DNA of 63,945 nucleotides, the filler included, from Sandaracinaceae bacterium (lineage in GTDB: Bacteria > Myxococcota_A > Polyangia > Polyangiales > JADJQN01): assembly GCA_947483975.1 (NCBI GenBank). It is 6 parts of 6 records of this genome, joined end to end, with 100 filler letters (N's around TTAATTAATTAA, not from the genome) between each part and the next. Parts side by side here need not be neighbours in the genome. Positions count along the whole stretch, not along the records: positions 1 to 10,838 come from CANKOL010000160.1; 5 more parts are not named here. One strand, 5' to 3'. Positions 1-10,938 of the stretch are shown here, piece by piece. Below the pieces are notes generated by a model that ran no database searches, had not been told where the DNA came from, and was given only the letters and a program-made list of their open reading frames with translations. Position 1 is the first letter of the stretch. Each line of letters opens with the position of its first letter. A program made the translations under genes and the position numbers.

Positions 1-225
1 CGCGCGCTCGAGGCCGCGGACGCCGGCGCGCAGGGCGCCGAGCCGCAGAGCGTCGGTCCGTACGGTGCGGCGGCGCTTCACCTCACGCTGGCCAAGCTCT
101 ACGAGCATCAGCTGCGCGAGCCTGCGCACGCGCTCGAGCACGCCCGCGCGGGCTTCGCAGCGGAGCCTCCGGAGTCGAGCGCGCGACGGATCGCCCGGCT
201 CGAGCGCGCGCTGCGTCGCGCGTGA
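1..225 (+). CDS. Partial CDS (3' end); TPR-like C-terminus resembling YprB/RNase H-like domain proteins
   Basis: Frame 1 is open from window start to TGA at 223-225: ...LHLTLAKLYEHQLREPAHALEHAR...RRIARLERALRRA*. Confidence 0.55.
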   Translation, partial: RALEAADAGAQGAEPQSVGPYGAAALHLTLAKLYEHQLREPAHALEHARAGFAAEPPESSARRIARLERALRRA

Positions 226-274
226 GGTAATCGGCGGTCGGCGGGCTACACTGCGGCTTCCGGACACCCCTGCG

Positions 275-2203
275 GTGGAGGCTCTCTTGGTCGCGCGCAC
301 GCTGCTTCTCTTCACGTCGATCGCACTTCTCGGCTCGCTCATCGCCTGTGGCTCGGACGCTCCGACGCCGACGCGTCGAGGGGATGCGGGGCCTGATTTT
401 GGGGCGCCCCGCGACTTCGGAGTGGACTTCGGCTTCGACGCGGGACCTTGCGCGCCCTTGGTCGAGTGCCCTGGCGTGAGCGCGTGTGTCGACACGGCGA
501 CTGATCCGGCGCACTGCGGCGGCTGCGACAGCCCGTGCAGTCCGCCGGCGAACGCCGTCGGTGCCTGCGTCGCCTCGGCGTGTGACTTCTCGTGCTTGCC
601 GGGCTTCGATCGCGCGGGAGACGCGTGCGTGCCCGCCCCGCGCTTGCTCGCGCCGCTCTCGGGCGCGACCGTGACGACGCGGCGCCCCGCGCTGCGCTTC
701 GAGCTGCCGGCGGGGGTGACGACGGCGCGTCTCGAGCTTTGCAGCGAGCGCGAGTGCGCGACGCCCGTGGCGACGCAGGACGTGACCGGTGGGAGCGCGA
801 TCCCCGACGCGGATCTCGCGCCGGGCACGGTGTTCTGGCGCGTCGTCGCGGGGGCGGCGTCGAGCCGCACCTGGCAGATGCACGTCCCGCCGCGGAGCGC
901 GCCCGTCGACTCCTCCTGGGGCGTGACGCCCGACTACGATGGCGAAGGCAGCGGCGACGTCGTCGTCGGTGCGCCGCTCGCGGGCGGCGGCGACGGTCGA
1001 GCGTACGTGTTCCCCGGCAGCACTTCGGGACCGCCGTCCGCGCCGACCGTGATCATGCGCGCGCCCGACGGCGCCATGGGGCACTTCGCCGAGTCCCTCG
1101 CGTGCGCCGGAGACCTCAACGGCGACGGCTACGCAGACCTCGCGGTCGGCGCCCCGGAGCTCGCGATGCAGACGGGTATCGTGCACCTCTACTTCGGCGG
1201 CCCGACGGGCCTGCGCGCGGTGCCCGATCAAACCATCGCGTCGCCTCGACCTGCGGGCGGCCTCTTCGGGGGCGTCGTCGCCGCGGCAGGTGACGTCGAT
1301 GGGGACGGCTACGGGGACCTCCTCGTCGCCGCCGTCGGCTCGGCGAGCGTGCCGGGGCGGGTGCTCCTCTATCGCGGCGGCCCGTCCGGGGTGGTGACGC
1401 CCGCGTTCAGTCAGCTCAGCAGCGGCGGTCGCTTCGGGACGGCCTTGGCGGGCGCGATGGACCTCGACGCCGACGGCTTCGCCGACCTCGCCGTTGGCGC
1501 CTACACCGCGAGCGGCGACACCGGCGAGGTGCAGTTCTTCCGCGGCAGCGCGACTGGGTTTGCCTCGGTGGCGACGAGCGTGCTCGCCTCGACGACGGGC
1601 GTCGGCGGCGAGTTCGGCTTCGCCGTCGCGAGCGCGGGCGACTTCGACGGCGACGGCTACGGCGACCTCGTGGTCGGCGCGCCGAACGCTGCCTCCGACG
1701 ATGTGCCCGTGGACGGCGGGATCGTGCGCGCGCCCGGGCGTGTGCTGCTCTGGAAGGGCGGCGCGATGGGCGTGGGCGGGACCGCGGCGCTCAACCTGGT
1801 GCCGGGCACGGGCAACGGCAGTCGCTTCGGCTCCGCGCTCGCCGCCACGGACCTCACGGGCGACGGCTTCTCGGATCTGGCGGTCGGCGCGTTCGCGACA
1901 GGCTCGCGGCAGGGCCGCGTCTACCTCTACGCCGGCGGGGCGACGCCTTCGCGCTCGCCGCTGATCTCGCTCGACGGCACCGCGGCAGACGCGGACTTCG
2001 GTCGCGCGGTCGCCATCGCGGGGGACGCCGACCGCAGCGGTCTCGACGACCTCGTCATCGGCGCGCCGCGCACCGCGTCGAGCACGGGGCGCGCGTTCGT
2101 GTATCGCGGCAACGTCGCGGGGCTCACGCTCACGCCGCTCGCCGACCTCGTGCCGCCGAGCGGTGGCAGCTTCGGCCTGGCGCTCGCACGCGGAGACAGG
2201 TGA
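275..2203 (+). CDS. FG-GAP repeat (integrin-alpha-like beta-propeller) lipoprotein with short Cys-rich segment
   Basis: Lipobox-like LIAC; repeated GDLNGDGYADLAVGAP / GDVDGDGYGDLLV / GDFDGDGYGDLVVGAP; start (GTG 275 or TTG 287) uncertain. Confidence 0.85.
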   Translation: MEALLVARTLLLFTSIALLGSLIACGSDAPTPTRRGDAGPDFGAPRDFGVDFGFDAGPCAPLVECPGVSACVDTATDPAHCGGCDSPCSPPANAVGACVASACDFSCLPGFDRAGDACVPAPRLLAPLSGATVTTRRPALRFELPAGVTTARLELCSERECATPVATQDVTGGSAIPDADLAPGTVFWRVVAGAASSRTWQMHVPPRSAPVDSSWGVTPDYDGEGSGDVVVGAPLAGGGDGRAYVFPGSTSGPPSAPTVIMRAPDGAMGHFAESLACAGDLNGDGYADLAVGAPELAMQTGIVHLYFGGPTGLRAVPDQTIASPRPAGGLFGGVVAAAGDVDGDGYGDLLVAAVGSASVPGRVLLYRGGPSGVVTPAFSQLSSGGRFGTALAGAMDLDADGFADLAVGAYTASGDTGEVQFFRGSATGFASVATSVLASTTGVGGEFGFAVASAGDFDGDGYGDLVVGAPNAASDDVPVDGGIVRAPGRVLLWKGGAMGVGGTAALNLVPGTGNGSRFGSALAATDLTGDGFSDLAVGAFATGSRQGRVYLYAGGATPSRSPLISLDGTAADADFGRAVAIAGDADRSGLDDLVIGAPRTASSTGRAFVYRGNVAGLTLTPLADLVPPSGGSFGLALARGDR

Positions 2204-4974
2204 GTCGGGGGCACGAGTCGCGCGCGCTGCGCGCTCTGATCGGCGTCGCGGTCGCGGTCTTCTTCGTCGGCGCGAGCTGCGGTAGTCCGCTTCGCGCGCG
2301 CGTGCGCGTCGGCGAGCTCGTGGTGCGTCGTGTGACCGACCGCGAGGTCGCGACGCGCGTCGGCGGGGTCGTCGCGCAGTCGGGCGATTGGGTCCTCGAG
2401 GGGCCGTCGCTGCGCGTCGTCATCGGCGGACTCGAGCGCGAGGGCGAGCCGCGGGGCGCCATCCTCGAGGCGCACGTCGAGGGGGAGGGCGAGCAGGAGA
2501 GCATCTTGCTGCTCTCGCCGCGCGTGCACTCTGGTCGGCGCCGCTTCGCCGTTCGGGCCAAGGATATGTTCGCGATCGAGCGCGCGGGAAAGCCCGTGCT
2601 GCGCATCGAGGGCGTGGCCGAGATCGCCGGCCGCACGGTCGACGTCGCGCGGGAGCTGACCATCGGTCGCTCGGGCCGCGAGGTCTCGATGACGACGCGC
2701 ATCGCGCCGCGCGGAGACGGCACGCTCGCAGTTCGAGTCGGCGCGCGCATCGCCTGGGGTGGCGGCACTCCGTGGCTGCCGGGCACCGGCTGGATCGACG
2801 ACGAGACCTGGCACGACGCGGGCTTTGTGGCGGGCGAGGGGCGCGAGGTCGGCACGGTGTTCGGCGTGCACGACGGCCCGGTGCGCGTGCTCTCGGAGTA
2901 CGAGACGCACGGACAGGCGCGCTTTCTCCTGCACAGCGAGGTGATGGGCCCGGAGCGCACCGCGTCGGAGGCAGCGCCCGCCTACGAGCGGACGACGCTC
3001 GCGATCGCGGCGCGCGGGATCGCAGAGGCGGTTCGACGCTTCGGCTGGGCCCGCGGGGCGGCCTTTCCCGAGGTGCGCGTGGTGCTGCCGAATATGCCGG
3101 CAGGCGCGGAAATTCGGGTTTCTACGGAAGAGGGCGGAAAGCCCGTCATGCGCGCCCGTCCCGACACGCTCGGCAACGCGCTCGTGCCGCTGCCGCCCGT
3201 CGACACCCGACCTGGCGCAGCGCTGCTCGCGATCGCGACGGCGCCCGGTCATGCCGAGAGCGAGCCTGCGCGGTTCTCGGCGCGCGGCGCGCGCGGCCCT
3301 CATGTGCTGATGATCCCCCGCGGCGGGCGCATCCGCATCAGCGCGCGGGACGCGCCGGGAGGTCTCAAGCTCGCGGCGCGGGCCCGAATCATCGGGCTGC
3401 GCGGCACTCCCTCGCCCGAGCTCGGCCCCGATTGGTCCGCGAACGGCGCGGGCGACACCGTCCTCCTGCCGCAGGGCGAGGTGATCGTGCCCGTCCCGCC
3501 CGGCGCGTATCGAGTGGTCGTGACGCACGGCCCCGAGTGGACGCTCTACGACGAATCCGTCGAGGTCACCGAGACCTATCGCCCCGACGTGCGCGCGACG
3601 CTGACGCACGCCGTGGACGCCGGCGAGTGGGTGCCGTGCGAGCTGCACCTGCACGCGTCGCCGAGCCCCGACAGCGAGGTCCCGCTCGATGATCGCGTCG
3701 TGTCGCTCGTCGCCGAGGGCATCCGCTTCGTCGTGCCGACCGATCACAACATCGTCACCACGTACGACTCCGCCATCGCCGCGCTCGCGCTGCCGCCGGG
3801 CGTGTTGACGACGGTGAGCGGTCTCGAGGCGACGACGGACCTCCCCATTTACGGCCATTTCAACGCGTTTCCGGTGCCCTTCGTCGAGAACGCGCCCGGC
3901 AACGGTGCGGTCCCCTTCGAAGGCACCATGCCCGCGTCGCTCTTCGCGTCGCTGCGCGCGCTCGGCCCCGGCGTGCTCGTGCAGGTCAATCACCCGCGGC
4001 TCGAGGGGGGCATCGGCTACTTCGATCGGATGGGCTACGACAGCGCGACGGGCGCGGCGCTCGGCCCGTACAGCGCCGACTTCGATCTGCTCGAGATCTG
4101 GAACGGCTACGACCTCGCGCGCCCCGACGCGATGCTCCGCGTCTTCGGCGACTGGCTCGCGATGCTCGGGCGCTTCCGGCGCGTCGTCGCGACCGGAAAC
4201 AGCGACTCACACAACGTCCGCTACGTCTGGGCGGGCTACCCGCGCACGTACGTTCGCACGCCCGCCGGCGACAACGCCCCGAGCGCCGTGTTCGCTGCGC
4301 TGCGCAACGGACACGCGTTCGTGACGAGCGGACCTCTCCTCGAGGCGAGCGTCGGTGAAGCGGGCCCCGGGGACGTCGCGGCGATCACGAACGGCGTCGC
4401 GCGCGTCCACATCGTCGTGCGAGCGCCTCCGTGGATGGACGCGTCGACGGTCGAGCTCTGGTCGGGCGGCGCGCTCGTGCGTAGCGAGCGCTTCGAGCCT
4501 GCGCCGAGCGAAGCCGCGCCCGTTCGCCCCGCGCCCCGCGGACACGCCGCGCGTGCGCCCGCGCCGCCACCTGAGCCGCCCATGGTGCGCTACACCGCCG
4601 ACCTCGACGTCGAGGTCGCGCGCGACGGCTACCTCGTCGTGTTGGTGCGCGGTGACCGTCCGATGGACGTGTACTTCGGCCGCAACGGAGTGCCGCCGCT
4701 CGCCTTCACGAACCCCATCTGGCTCGACACGGACGGCGACGGCGTCCCCGCAGATCCGGGCGACCCCGCGCCGAGCCCCGGCACCTTCGAAGCCGCGGAG
4801 GCTGCGCGCGCGCCGGACGCGGGGATACCGCAGGACGACGCGAGCGCGCCGGCCGATGATGCTGAGGTCGATGCCCAGGTCGATGCGCAGGTCGACGCGC
4901 AGGTCGACGCGCCGGTCGACGCGCAGGTCGATGCTGACGTCGACGCCCGCGCTGCGCTGTCTACCGACGACTGA
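2200..4974 (+). CDS. PHP-domain metallohydrolase (CehA/McbA-like), secreted
   Basis: ELHLHASPSPDS, TDHN, GHFN, VNHPR and TGNSDSH metal-ligand motifs; GTGA overlap with upstream gene. Confidence 0.8.
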   Translation: MSRGHESRALRALIGVAVAVFFVGASCGSPLRARVRVGELVVRRVTDREVATRVGGVVAQSGDWVLEGPSLRVVIGGLEREGEPRGAILEAHVEGEGEQESILLLSPRVHSGRRRFAVRAKDMFAIERAGKPVLRIEGVAEIAGRTVDVARELTIGRSGREVSMTTRIAPRGDGTLAVRVGARIAWGGGTPWLPGTGWIDDETWHDAGFVAGEGREVGTVFGVHDGPVRVLSEYETHGQARFLLHSEVMGPERTASEAAPAYERTTLAIAARGIAEAVRRFGWARGAAFPEVRVVLPNMPAGAEIRVSTEEGGKPVMRARPDTLGNALVPLPPVDTRPGAALLAIATAPGHAESEPARFSARGARGPHVLMIPRGGRIRISARDAPGGLKLAARARIIGLRGTPSPELGPDWSANGAGDTVLLPQGEVIVPVPPGAYRVVVTHGPEWTLYDESVEVTETYRPDVRATLTHAVDAGEWVPCELHLHASPSPDSEVPLDDRVVSLVAEGIRFVVPTDHNIVTTYDSAIAALALPPGVLTTVSGLEATTDLPIYGHFNAFPVPFVENAPGNGAVPFEGTMPASLFASLRALGPGVLVQVNHPRLEGGIGYFDRMGYDSATGAALGPYSADFDLLEIWNGYDLARPDAMLRVFGDWLAMLGRFRRVVATGNSDSHNVRYVWAGYPRTYVRTPAGDNAPSAVFAALRNGHAFVTSGPLLEASVGEAGPGDVAAITNGVARVHIVVRAPPWMDASTVELWSGGALVRSERFEPAPSEAAPVRPAPRGHAARAPAPPPEPPMVRYTADLDVEVARDGYLVVLVRGDRPMDVYFGRNGVPPLAFTNPIWLDTDGDGVPADPGDPAPSPGTFEAAEAARAPDAGIPQDDASAPADDAEVDAQVDAQVDAQVDAPVDAQVDADVDARAALSTDD
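4867..4947 (+). repeat. 12-bp coding tandem repeat (VDAQ-like, ~6-7 units)
   Basis: gtcgatgcccag gtcgatgcgcag gtcgacgcgcag gtcgacgcgccg gtcgacgcgcag gtcgatgctgac gtcgacgcc. Confidence 0.85.
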
Positions 4975-5898
4975 CCAGCGCGAGTCGGCGGGCCATCTCC
5001 GGGCTCTGGAAGCCGAGGCCAGCGATGGTCTCGAGGGTGGCCTTCGTCTGCGGCGCTTCGCGGACGAAATAGGACGAAAAGGCCGCGAGCTTCTCTCGCT
5101 GCTCGAGGAGGCACGCCATCATCCACGGCTCGAGCGTCGGGCCCGGGACGACCTGGTCGAACCGCGGACACGCCGGCAGGAATGGCTCGCTCAGCCTCCC
5201 TTTGCCCGCCGTCACGACCTGAATCGCAGCCTCGAGCCACTCGAGGGCGATTGCACGCTGCCCGAGGGCAGCAGCGAGACGGGCGACCGTCACGACGCGG
5301 GCGACGTCGTCGGGGCTCTCTACGGCCGCTGCCGCGAGATCCGCGGCAGACTGAAGGCAGCCCCAGCGCACCGACGGACTCAGGTCTTCGCGCAGACTCG
5401 GGCCGAAGCGGTCGATCGCCATGCGATGACGGAGTTGCCCCACGTCGGCGTCGGCGTCGCCGAATCGTGAGACGTCACCGATGCGCGCGAGCACAGGAAA
5501 CGCGCCCACCACGCTGCGCCACTCGGGAGGCTCGGGGACCTCGCTCTCGTCGGCGAGCGTGCGTGCGAGGAGGCCCGCTTCTTCGAGGCGCGCTGCGCGC
5601 GAGGGCCGCGCTGCGAAGACACATCGCAGGTGTGGACCGGCCCTCGACCCGCCGGCAGAGGCACGAGGAGGTCGAGTCCGGGGACGAGTCGATAGAGCGA
5701 GTGTTCCGTGGCCTCGAGCGGACGGCGCAACTCCTCGTTGCCCGCGTCCCCAGGCTGGTAGCCGAGGATCCCGCGTGGTTCGTGGCCGCTCGAGAGGACC
5801 CCCGCCCCGTCGAGGGTCGCGAGTTCCTGCCCGGCGAACCCCAGCCTGACGAAGGTGACGTCGGTCCAGTTCTGTTCGGCAGCGTACGCGTCGAGGGT
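4961..5898 (-). pseudogene. Frameshifted, 5'-truncated FkbM-family methyltransferase remnant
   Basis: TLDAYAAEQNWTDVTFVRLGFAGQE...LYRLVPGLDLLVP in one frame continues after a frameshift near 5630-5650 as VFAARPSRAARLEEAGLL...EPFLPACPRFD...LAAFSSYF...GFQSPEMARRLAL*. Confidence 0.6.
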
Positions 5899-6116
5899 CC
5901 CGCCCCTCGCGGACGCCTTGCGGCTCTCTCGCGGCCCAACGAGGCGCTCGGGCGCACGTCCCACGCTCGGGAGAGGCGCACGCGCACTGTTCCGAGTCGA
6001 TATCCCGCCATCGAGTACGCGCAGATGAGCGAAACGATTCTCCGACTCGCTCCTAGCAGCCCTCCGCTCACCAACGACAGTTCGCCTCCGCGCGGGGCTG
6101 CTATCTTCTGGCCGCC

Positions 6117-7421
6117 ATGACGAACGTAACTCTCCCCTCCCGCGCGGACGTCGCGATCGTCGGTGTCGGCACTGCGGGCGCTGCCGCCGCGCTCTTCTGC
6201 GCCGAGGCCGGTCTCCGCGTCGTGGCGCTCGACCGCGCGCCGCTCGAGCGCGCTGGCGCGCAGTGGCTCAACGCCGTCCCGGCGCACCTCTTCGACCGCG
6301 CCGGGCTCGCGCGGCCGACGGGCGCTGAGCTCGAGTCGCCGCCTCTCGTGATGCACCTCTTCGCGGGCCGTGGCTCCGAGCATGTCGTCGTCCGGTCGGG
6401 GCACGACGCGCTCGAGGTCGACATGGCGCTGCTCGTCCGGCGCTTACAGGACGGAGCGCGCGAGGCGGGCGCCACGCTCGCTGGCAATGTCCGCGTGCTC
6501 GGCGTCGAGGGCACGTCGCTGCGGACCGAGCACGGCACCGTCGAGGCCGACTCCATCATCGACGCGTCGGGGCTCGCGGGCGCGCAGTTGCTCGGCGCGA
6601 TGCGCCCTCCGCCCCAGGATCTTTGCGTCGCCGCGCAGGAGGTGCGCGTCCTTCGGGACCGCGGCGCGGCGGAGGCGTTCTTTCGCAATCGAGGGATCCC
6701 GCCGGGTGAATTGCTCGTCCACATGGGGCTAGCGGGTGGCTATTCCGTGCTCAATGTGCGGCTCTCCGGAGAGCACGTCGCGCTCCTCTCGGGCACCATC
6801 CCGGCGAGTGGCTACCCCACGGGCCGCGCGCTCATCGAGGAGTTCGCGCAGGAGCACTCGACGTGGATCGGTGAGGCTGTTCGCTCGGGCGCGCGCGCCA
6901 TCCCGCTCGGTCGGCCCGTCGATGTGCTCACGCGCGGCCGCATCGCGCTCCTCGGCGACAGCGCGCGGCAGGTGTTCTCGGCGCACGGTTCGGGCATCGG
7001 CGCGGGCCTCGTCGCCGCGCGGGTGCTCGCGGAGGAAATCAGCCGCGGACGCGGTCTCGACGGCTACGACGTCCGCTGGCACCGCGAGCACGGTGGGCTG
7101 CTGGCGGCCTATGATGCCTTTCGACGCTTCAGCCAGACGCTCACCGTCGACGAGGTCGCGCGACTCATGCGCGCAGGCCTGATCGACGCCGCGACCGTCG
7201 TGCCTGCGATGCGCCAAGAAGCGCCTTCGCTCCCGCCGGGCGCGCTCCTCTCGAAGACCCCGGCGGCCCTCCGCGAGCCGCGTCTGCTCGGGCGCCTCGC
7301 GAAGGTCGCGGCCCGCATGAACTTGCTGCGCCTCGCCTACTCGCAGCACCCGTCCCGCGAGGGAGTCCCCCGCGCCCATTGGGCGCGCGGCGTCGCGCGC
7401 ATCGCCGGCACCTCGACCTGA
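6117..7421 (+). CDS. FAD/NAD(P)-dependent oxidoreductase (geranylgeranyl-reductase-like)
   Basis: N-terminal DVAIVGVGTAG Rossmann motif, IDASG, LLGDSARQVFSAHGSGIG. Confidence 0.8.
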   Translation: MTNVTLPSRADVAIVGVGTAGAAAALFCAEAGLRVVALDRAPLERAGAQWLNAVPAHLFDRAGLARPTGAELESPPLVMHLFAGRGSEHVVVRSGHDALEVDMALLVRRLQDGAREAGATLAGNVRVLGVEGTSLRTEHGTVEADSIIDASGLAGAQLLGAMRPPPQDLCVAAQEVRVLRDRGAAEAFFRNRGIPPGELLVHMGLAGGYSVLNVRLSGEHVALLSGTIPASGYPTGRALIEEFAQEHSTWIGEAVRSGARAIPLGRPVDVLTRGRIALLGDSARQVFSAHGSGIGAGLVAARVLAEEISRGRGLDGYDVRWHREHGGLLAAYDAFRRFSQTLTVDEVARLMRAGLIDAATVVPAMRQEAPSLPPGALLSKTPAALREPRLLGRLAKVAARMNLLRLAYSQHPSREGVPRAHWARGVARIAGTST

Positions 7422-7430
7422 GACCCGACG

Positions 7431-8477
7431 ATGTCCAAACGCCACGACTCCGCTGACACCGCCGCTTCCGCCAAGCCATCCGGCACCGCGCCGCAGACAC
7501 CCGCGTATCCTGTACCGGCGCGCGTCGTCGCCCGAGGTGCCTCCCAAGCGCTGCAGATCGAGCGACGCGGGGTCACACGTCGGGCGTGGGACCTCTATCA
7601 CTCCGTCCTACAGCTGAGTTGGCCGCGCTTCCTGACTGGAATCGTGCTCGGATATGTCGGTGTCAACGTAGGTTTTGCGCTGCTCTATCTCGCAGGCGGA
7701 GACTCCATCGCCAACGCGCGCTCGGGGTCGTTCTGGGACGCGTTCATGTTCAGCGTGCAGACGCTCGCGACCATCGGCTACGGGGCGATGGCGCCGAGGA
7801 CTCCCTACGCCGACGTGCTCGTGGCGATCGAGGCGTTCACCGGACTCTTTGGGGTCGCCGTCGGGACCAGCCTGATGTTCACGCGCTTCGCGCGTCCGTC
7901 ATCGCGCATCCTCTTCAGCGAGAAGGCGGTCGTCACGGTCCGTGACGGCGGCCCGGTGTTCATGCTCCGGATGGCGAACGAGCGCGGCAATCAGGTCGTC
8001 GAGGCGCAAGTCCGGCTGATCATCTCGCGCAGCGAGACGACCCTCGAGGGCGAGCGCGTGCGCCGCTTTCACGACCTCGCGCTCACGCGCACGTTCTCTC
8101 CGATCTTCGCGCTCAGCTGGACCGTCGTGCACCCCATCGATGCGCAGAGTCCGCTCTACCGCGCGACGGCCGAGTCGCTCGCCAGTGAGGCCGCCGAGCT
8201 CATCGTGCTCGTGACCGGTATTGACGACACTTTTCAGACGGCGATCCACGGCCGCTTCTCGTATCTCCCTGACGACGTCGCTTGGGACGTTCGCTATCGG
8301 GACATCCTCACCATCGCGCCGGACGGACACCGAATCATCGACTACGGCGTATTTCACGACACCGTGCCTCTGCCCGAGGGCGCGCGGCGCGTCCTGCCGT
8401 GGCCGGAAGGCCCCGCGGGCGGTGCGTCGCTCGCCCCCGAATCGGCTGCGGCCGGTGACGCCGCGCCGCGCGCGTGA
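7431..8477 (+). CDS. Inward-rectifier potassium channel (KirBac family)
   Basis: DLYH...LSWPRF, FSVQTLATIGYG selectivity filter, RMANERGNQ, SWTVVHPIDAQSPL. Confidence 0.93.
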   Translation: MSKRHDSADTAASAKPSGTAPQTPAYPVPARVVARGASQALQIERRGVTRRAWDLYHSVLQLSWPRFLTGIVLGYVGVNVGFALLYLAGGDSIANARSGSFWDAFMFSVQTLATIGYGAMAPRTPYADVLVAIEAFTGLFGVAVGTSLMFTRFARPSSRILFSEKAVVTVRDGGPVFMLRMANERGNQVVEAQVRLIISRSETTLEGERVRRFHDLALTRTFSPIFALSWTVVHPIDAQSPLYRATAESLASEAAELIVLVTGIDDTFQTAIHGRFSYLPDDVAWDVRYRDILTIAPDGHRIIDYGVFHDTVPLPEGARRVLPWPEGPAGGASLAPESAAAGDAAPRA

Positions 8478-8492
8478 TAGACGCGCCGCTCG

Positions 8493-9629
8493 ATGCTCTA
8501 TCGCGCGCTCTACACGCTCCTGCTGACGCGAATCCCCGCTGAACCGGCGCATCATCTCGCCTTCGCCGCGCTGCGCTGGCTGATGTGGCTCCCTGGCATG
8601 AAGGCGCTCTCCCGCGCGCTCTTGCGGCCCGCTGACGCTGCGCTCGAGGTGCGCGCGCTCGGCCTCACCTGGCCGACTCCCGTCGGACTCGCCGCCGGCT
8701 TCGACAAGGACGCGCTCGGTCCCGAGGCGCTCGGGGCGCTCGGCTTCGGCTTCGTCGAGATCGGCACCGTCACGCCGCGCGCTCAGCCAGGTAACCCGAA
8801 GCCGCGCATGTTCCGCCTCGTCCGCGATCGGGCGGTCATCAATCGTTTGGGCTTCAACAATCAGGGCGCGGACGTCGCGCGTCGTCGGCTCGCCGCGGGG
8901 CATGCGGGGCGTCGCACGCTGGTCGGCGTGAACCTCGGCAAGAACAAGGCGACGGCCGAGGGCGACGCCGCGGCCGACTACGTCGAGGCCGCCGAGAAGC
9001 TCGCGCCGTTCGCCGACTACCTCGTCGTCAACGTGAGCTCGCCGAACACTCCAGGGCTGCGCGACCTGCAGGCGGTCGAGCGCTTGGGGCCGCTGCTCTC
9101 GGCCGTGAAGGCCGCCGTCGCGCGCGTCGTGCCGGACCGCAAGCTCGCCGTGCTCGTGAAGATCGCGCCGGATCTCTCGGACGACGACATCGACGCTGTC
9201 GCCGAGCTCGCGCTCGCGCTCGGACTCGACGGCGTCGTCGCGACCAACACGACCATCGCGCGCTCGGGGTTGCTCTCGGCGACTGACGACGTCGCCGCGC
9301 TCGGCGCCGGCGGGCTCTCGGGTCGACCGCTCCGGGAGCGCTCGCTCGCCGTGCTGCGTCGCCTGCGCGCGCGCGTCGGCGACCGCCTCGTGCTCGTCGC
9401 GGTCGGCGGCATCGAGAGCCCCGAGGACGCGTGGGCCCGTATTCGCGCAGGCGCGACGCTCGTACAGCTCTACACGGGCTTCATCTACGGCGGCCCGCTC
9501 ACCCCGCGTCGCCTCGCCAGGGGGCTCGCGCGGCTCGCGCGGCAAGCAGGATATGCGCGCGTGCAAGACGCCGTCGGGGCAGACTCTGCCGCTGACTCCC
9601 GCGCTCCCGCGTCAGATCCACTTCCGTAG
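8493..9629 (+). CDS. pyrD: Quinone-dependent dihydroorotate dehydrogenase
   Basis: [54 protein letters not shown]. Confidence 0.97.
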   Translation: MLYRALYTLLLTRIPAEPAHHLAFAALRWLMWLPGMKALSRALLRPADAALEVRALGLTWPTPVGLAAGFDKDALGPEALGALGFGFVEIGTVTPRAQPGNPKPRMFRLVRDRAVINRLGFNNQGADVARRRLAAGHAGRRTLVGVNLGKNKATAEGDAAADYVEAAEKLAPFADYLVVNVSSPNTPGLRDLQAVERLGPLLSAVKAAVARVVPDRKLAVLVKIAPDLSDDDIDAVAELALALGLDGVVATNTTIARSGLLSATDDVAALGAGGLSGRPLRERSLAVLRRLRARVGDRLVLVAVGGIESPEDAWARIRAGATLVQLYTGFIYGGPLTPRRLARGLARLARQAGYARVQDAVGADSAADSRAPASDPLP

Positions 9630-10586
9630 TTTGAACCAGCCGACGAGCCCGCCCGCGACTCCCATCATGACGAAGATCGCGAGGAAATAGCCGTACTTCC
9701 AGTGGGTCTCGGGCATGAACTCGAAGTTCATCCCGTACACGCCCGCGATGAACGTCATCGGCAGCATGATCGTGGACATGAGCGTCAGCACTTTCATGAT
9801 CTCGTTCAGCTTCTGTCCCTGGACGCTCATGTAGACCTCGAGCGTCGAGCCGAGCAGGTCGCGATAGCTGTCCGCGAGATCCGTGACGCGCACGAAGTTG
9901 TCGGCGATGTCCCGGAAGAACGGCAGCGCAGCGTCGTCGATCAGCTCGAACTCGCCCCGCGCGAGGCGCTGCACGACGTCGCGTTGATGGGACGCGATGC
10001 GGCGAATCTTCGCGACGGAGCGCTTCACCTCGAAGATCTCGGCGACGACGTGCGCCTCCGCGCCGGCGAGCACGCGCCCCTCGAGGGCCTCGATCTCCTC
10101 GTCGAACCGCTCCATCAGCGGGTTGTAGTGGTCCGAGAGGTGGTCGATGATCGAGTGCGCGACGAACGACGGACCCTTCGCGAACAGCTTTGCGCTGCGC
10201 TTGATGTCGGCAGCGACGCTGTCGGTGGAGCGCAGCGTCGTCGGGTGATGGGTCAGGATGAAGCGCGGCCCGAGGACGAGATCGAGCTCGATGGTCTCGA
10301 GGTTGTCGGGCTGCTCGGCGTTGCGGTCGAGGCCGTGCACGACGAGATAGAGGTAGTCGTCGAAGTCCTCGACCTTCGGCTGCGGCGCGTCCCGAAACAT
10401 ATCCTCGAGCACGAGCGGATGGATCTTGAAGACCTCGCCGAGCAGCGTGTCGTGCTCCGGGCTGTGCCCGCAGAGGTCGACCCAGAAGATCACGTTGGGG
10501 TCGGTGAGCAGCTCCGCGATGGCAGAGGCGGGGTGCTCGTCGACCGTCTGGCTGCCTTTGGTATGGGCGTAAACCGTGATCGTCAC
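9612..10586 (-). CDS. corA: Magnesium/cobalt transporter CorA
   Basis: [24 protein letters not shown] signature, MPE. Confidence 0.96.
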   Translation of the reverse strand: MTITVYAHTKGSQTVDEHPASAIAELLTDPNVIFWVDLCGHSPEHDTLLGEVFKIHPLVLEDMFRDAPQPKVEDFDDYLYLVVHGLDRNAEQPDNLETIELDLVLGPRFILTHHPTTLRSTDSVAADIKRSAKLFAKGPSFVAHSIIDHLSDHYNPLMERFDEEIEALEGRVLAGAEAHVVAEIFEVKRSVAKIRRIASHQRDVVQRLARGEFELIDDAALPFFRDIADNFVRVTDLADSYRDLLGSTLEVYMSVQGQKLNEIMKVLTLMSTIMLPMTFIAGVYGMNFEFMPETHWKYGYFLAIFVMMGVAGGLVGWFKLRKWI

Positions 10587-10693
10587 CGCAGCACTCTATC
10601 GCGTCTCGCGTGCGAACGGAGCGCAGACCGCAGCGGCTGTCCGCCGACGCGCTCTAGAAGTGCGAGGCCCGTTCGTCTACGCTCGCGGACATG

Positions 10694-10838
10694 GTGCGTC
10701 GTGACGAAAGCAACCCGAAGCCTCCGGGCGGAGGAGCGCGATCACGCTGCGTCTTTCCAGCGGGTGCAAATCCCGCCTCGGTAAGCGTCGGAGCGCCGAG
10801 TAGCAGGCCCCAGGTGTCCGGGAGAGATCCTGGCATCC
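10694..10838 (+). mobile_element. 5' end (domain I) of a probable group II intron, truncated by the contig end
   Basis: Starts with GTGCG consensus (GTGCGTCGTGACGAAAGCAACC); hairpins CCTCCG-GG-CGGAGG, GCGGG-TGCAAAT-CCCGC and GGTGTCCGGGA-GAGA-TCCTGGCATC (GNRA loop). Confidence 0.62.
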
Positions 10839-10938
10839 NNNNNNNNNNNNNNNNNNNNNNNNNNNNNNNNNNNNNNNNNNNNTTAATTAATTAANNNNNN
10901 NNNNNNNNNNNNNNNNNNNNNNNNNNNNNNNNNNNNNN
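10839..10938. other. Artificial contig linker
   Basis: N44-TTAATTAATTAA-N44 (stop codons in all frames). Confidence 0.98.
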
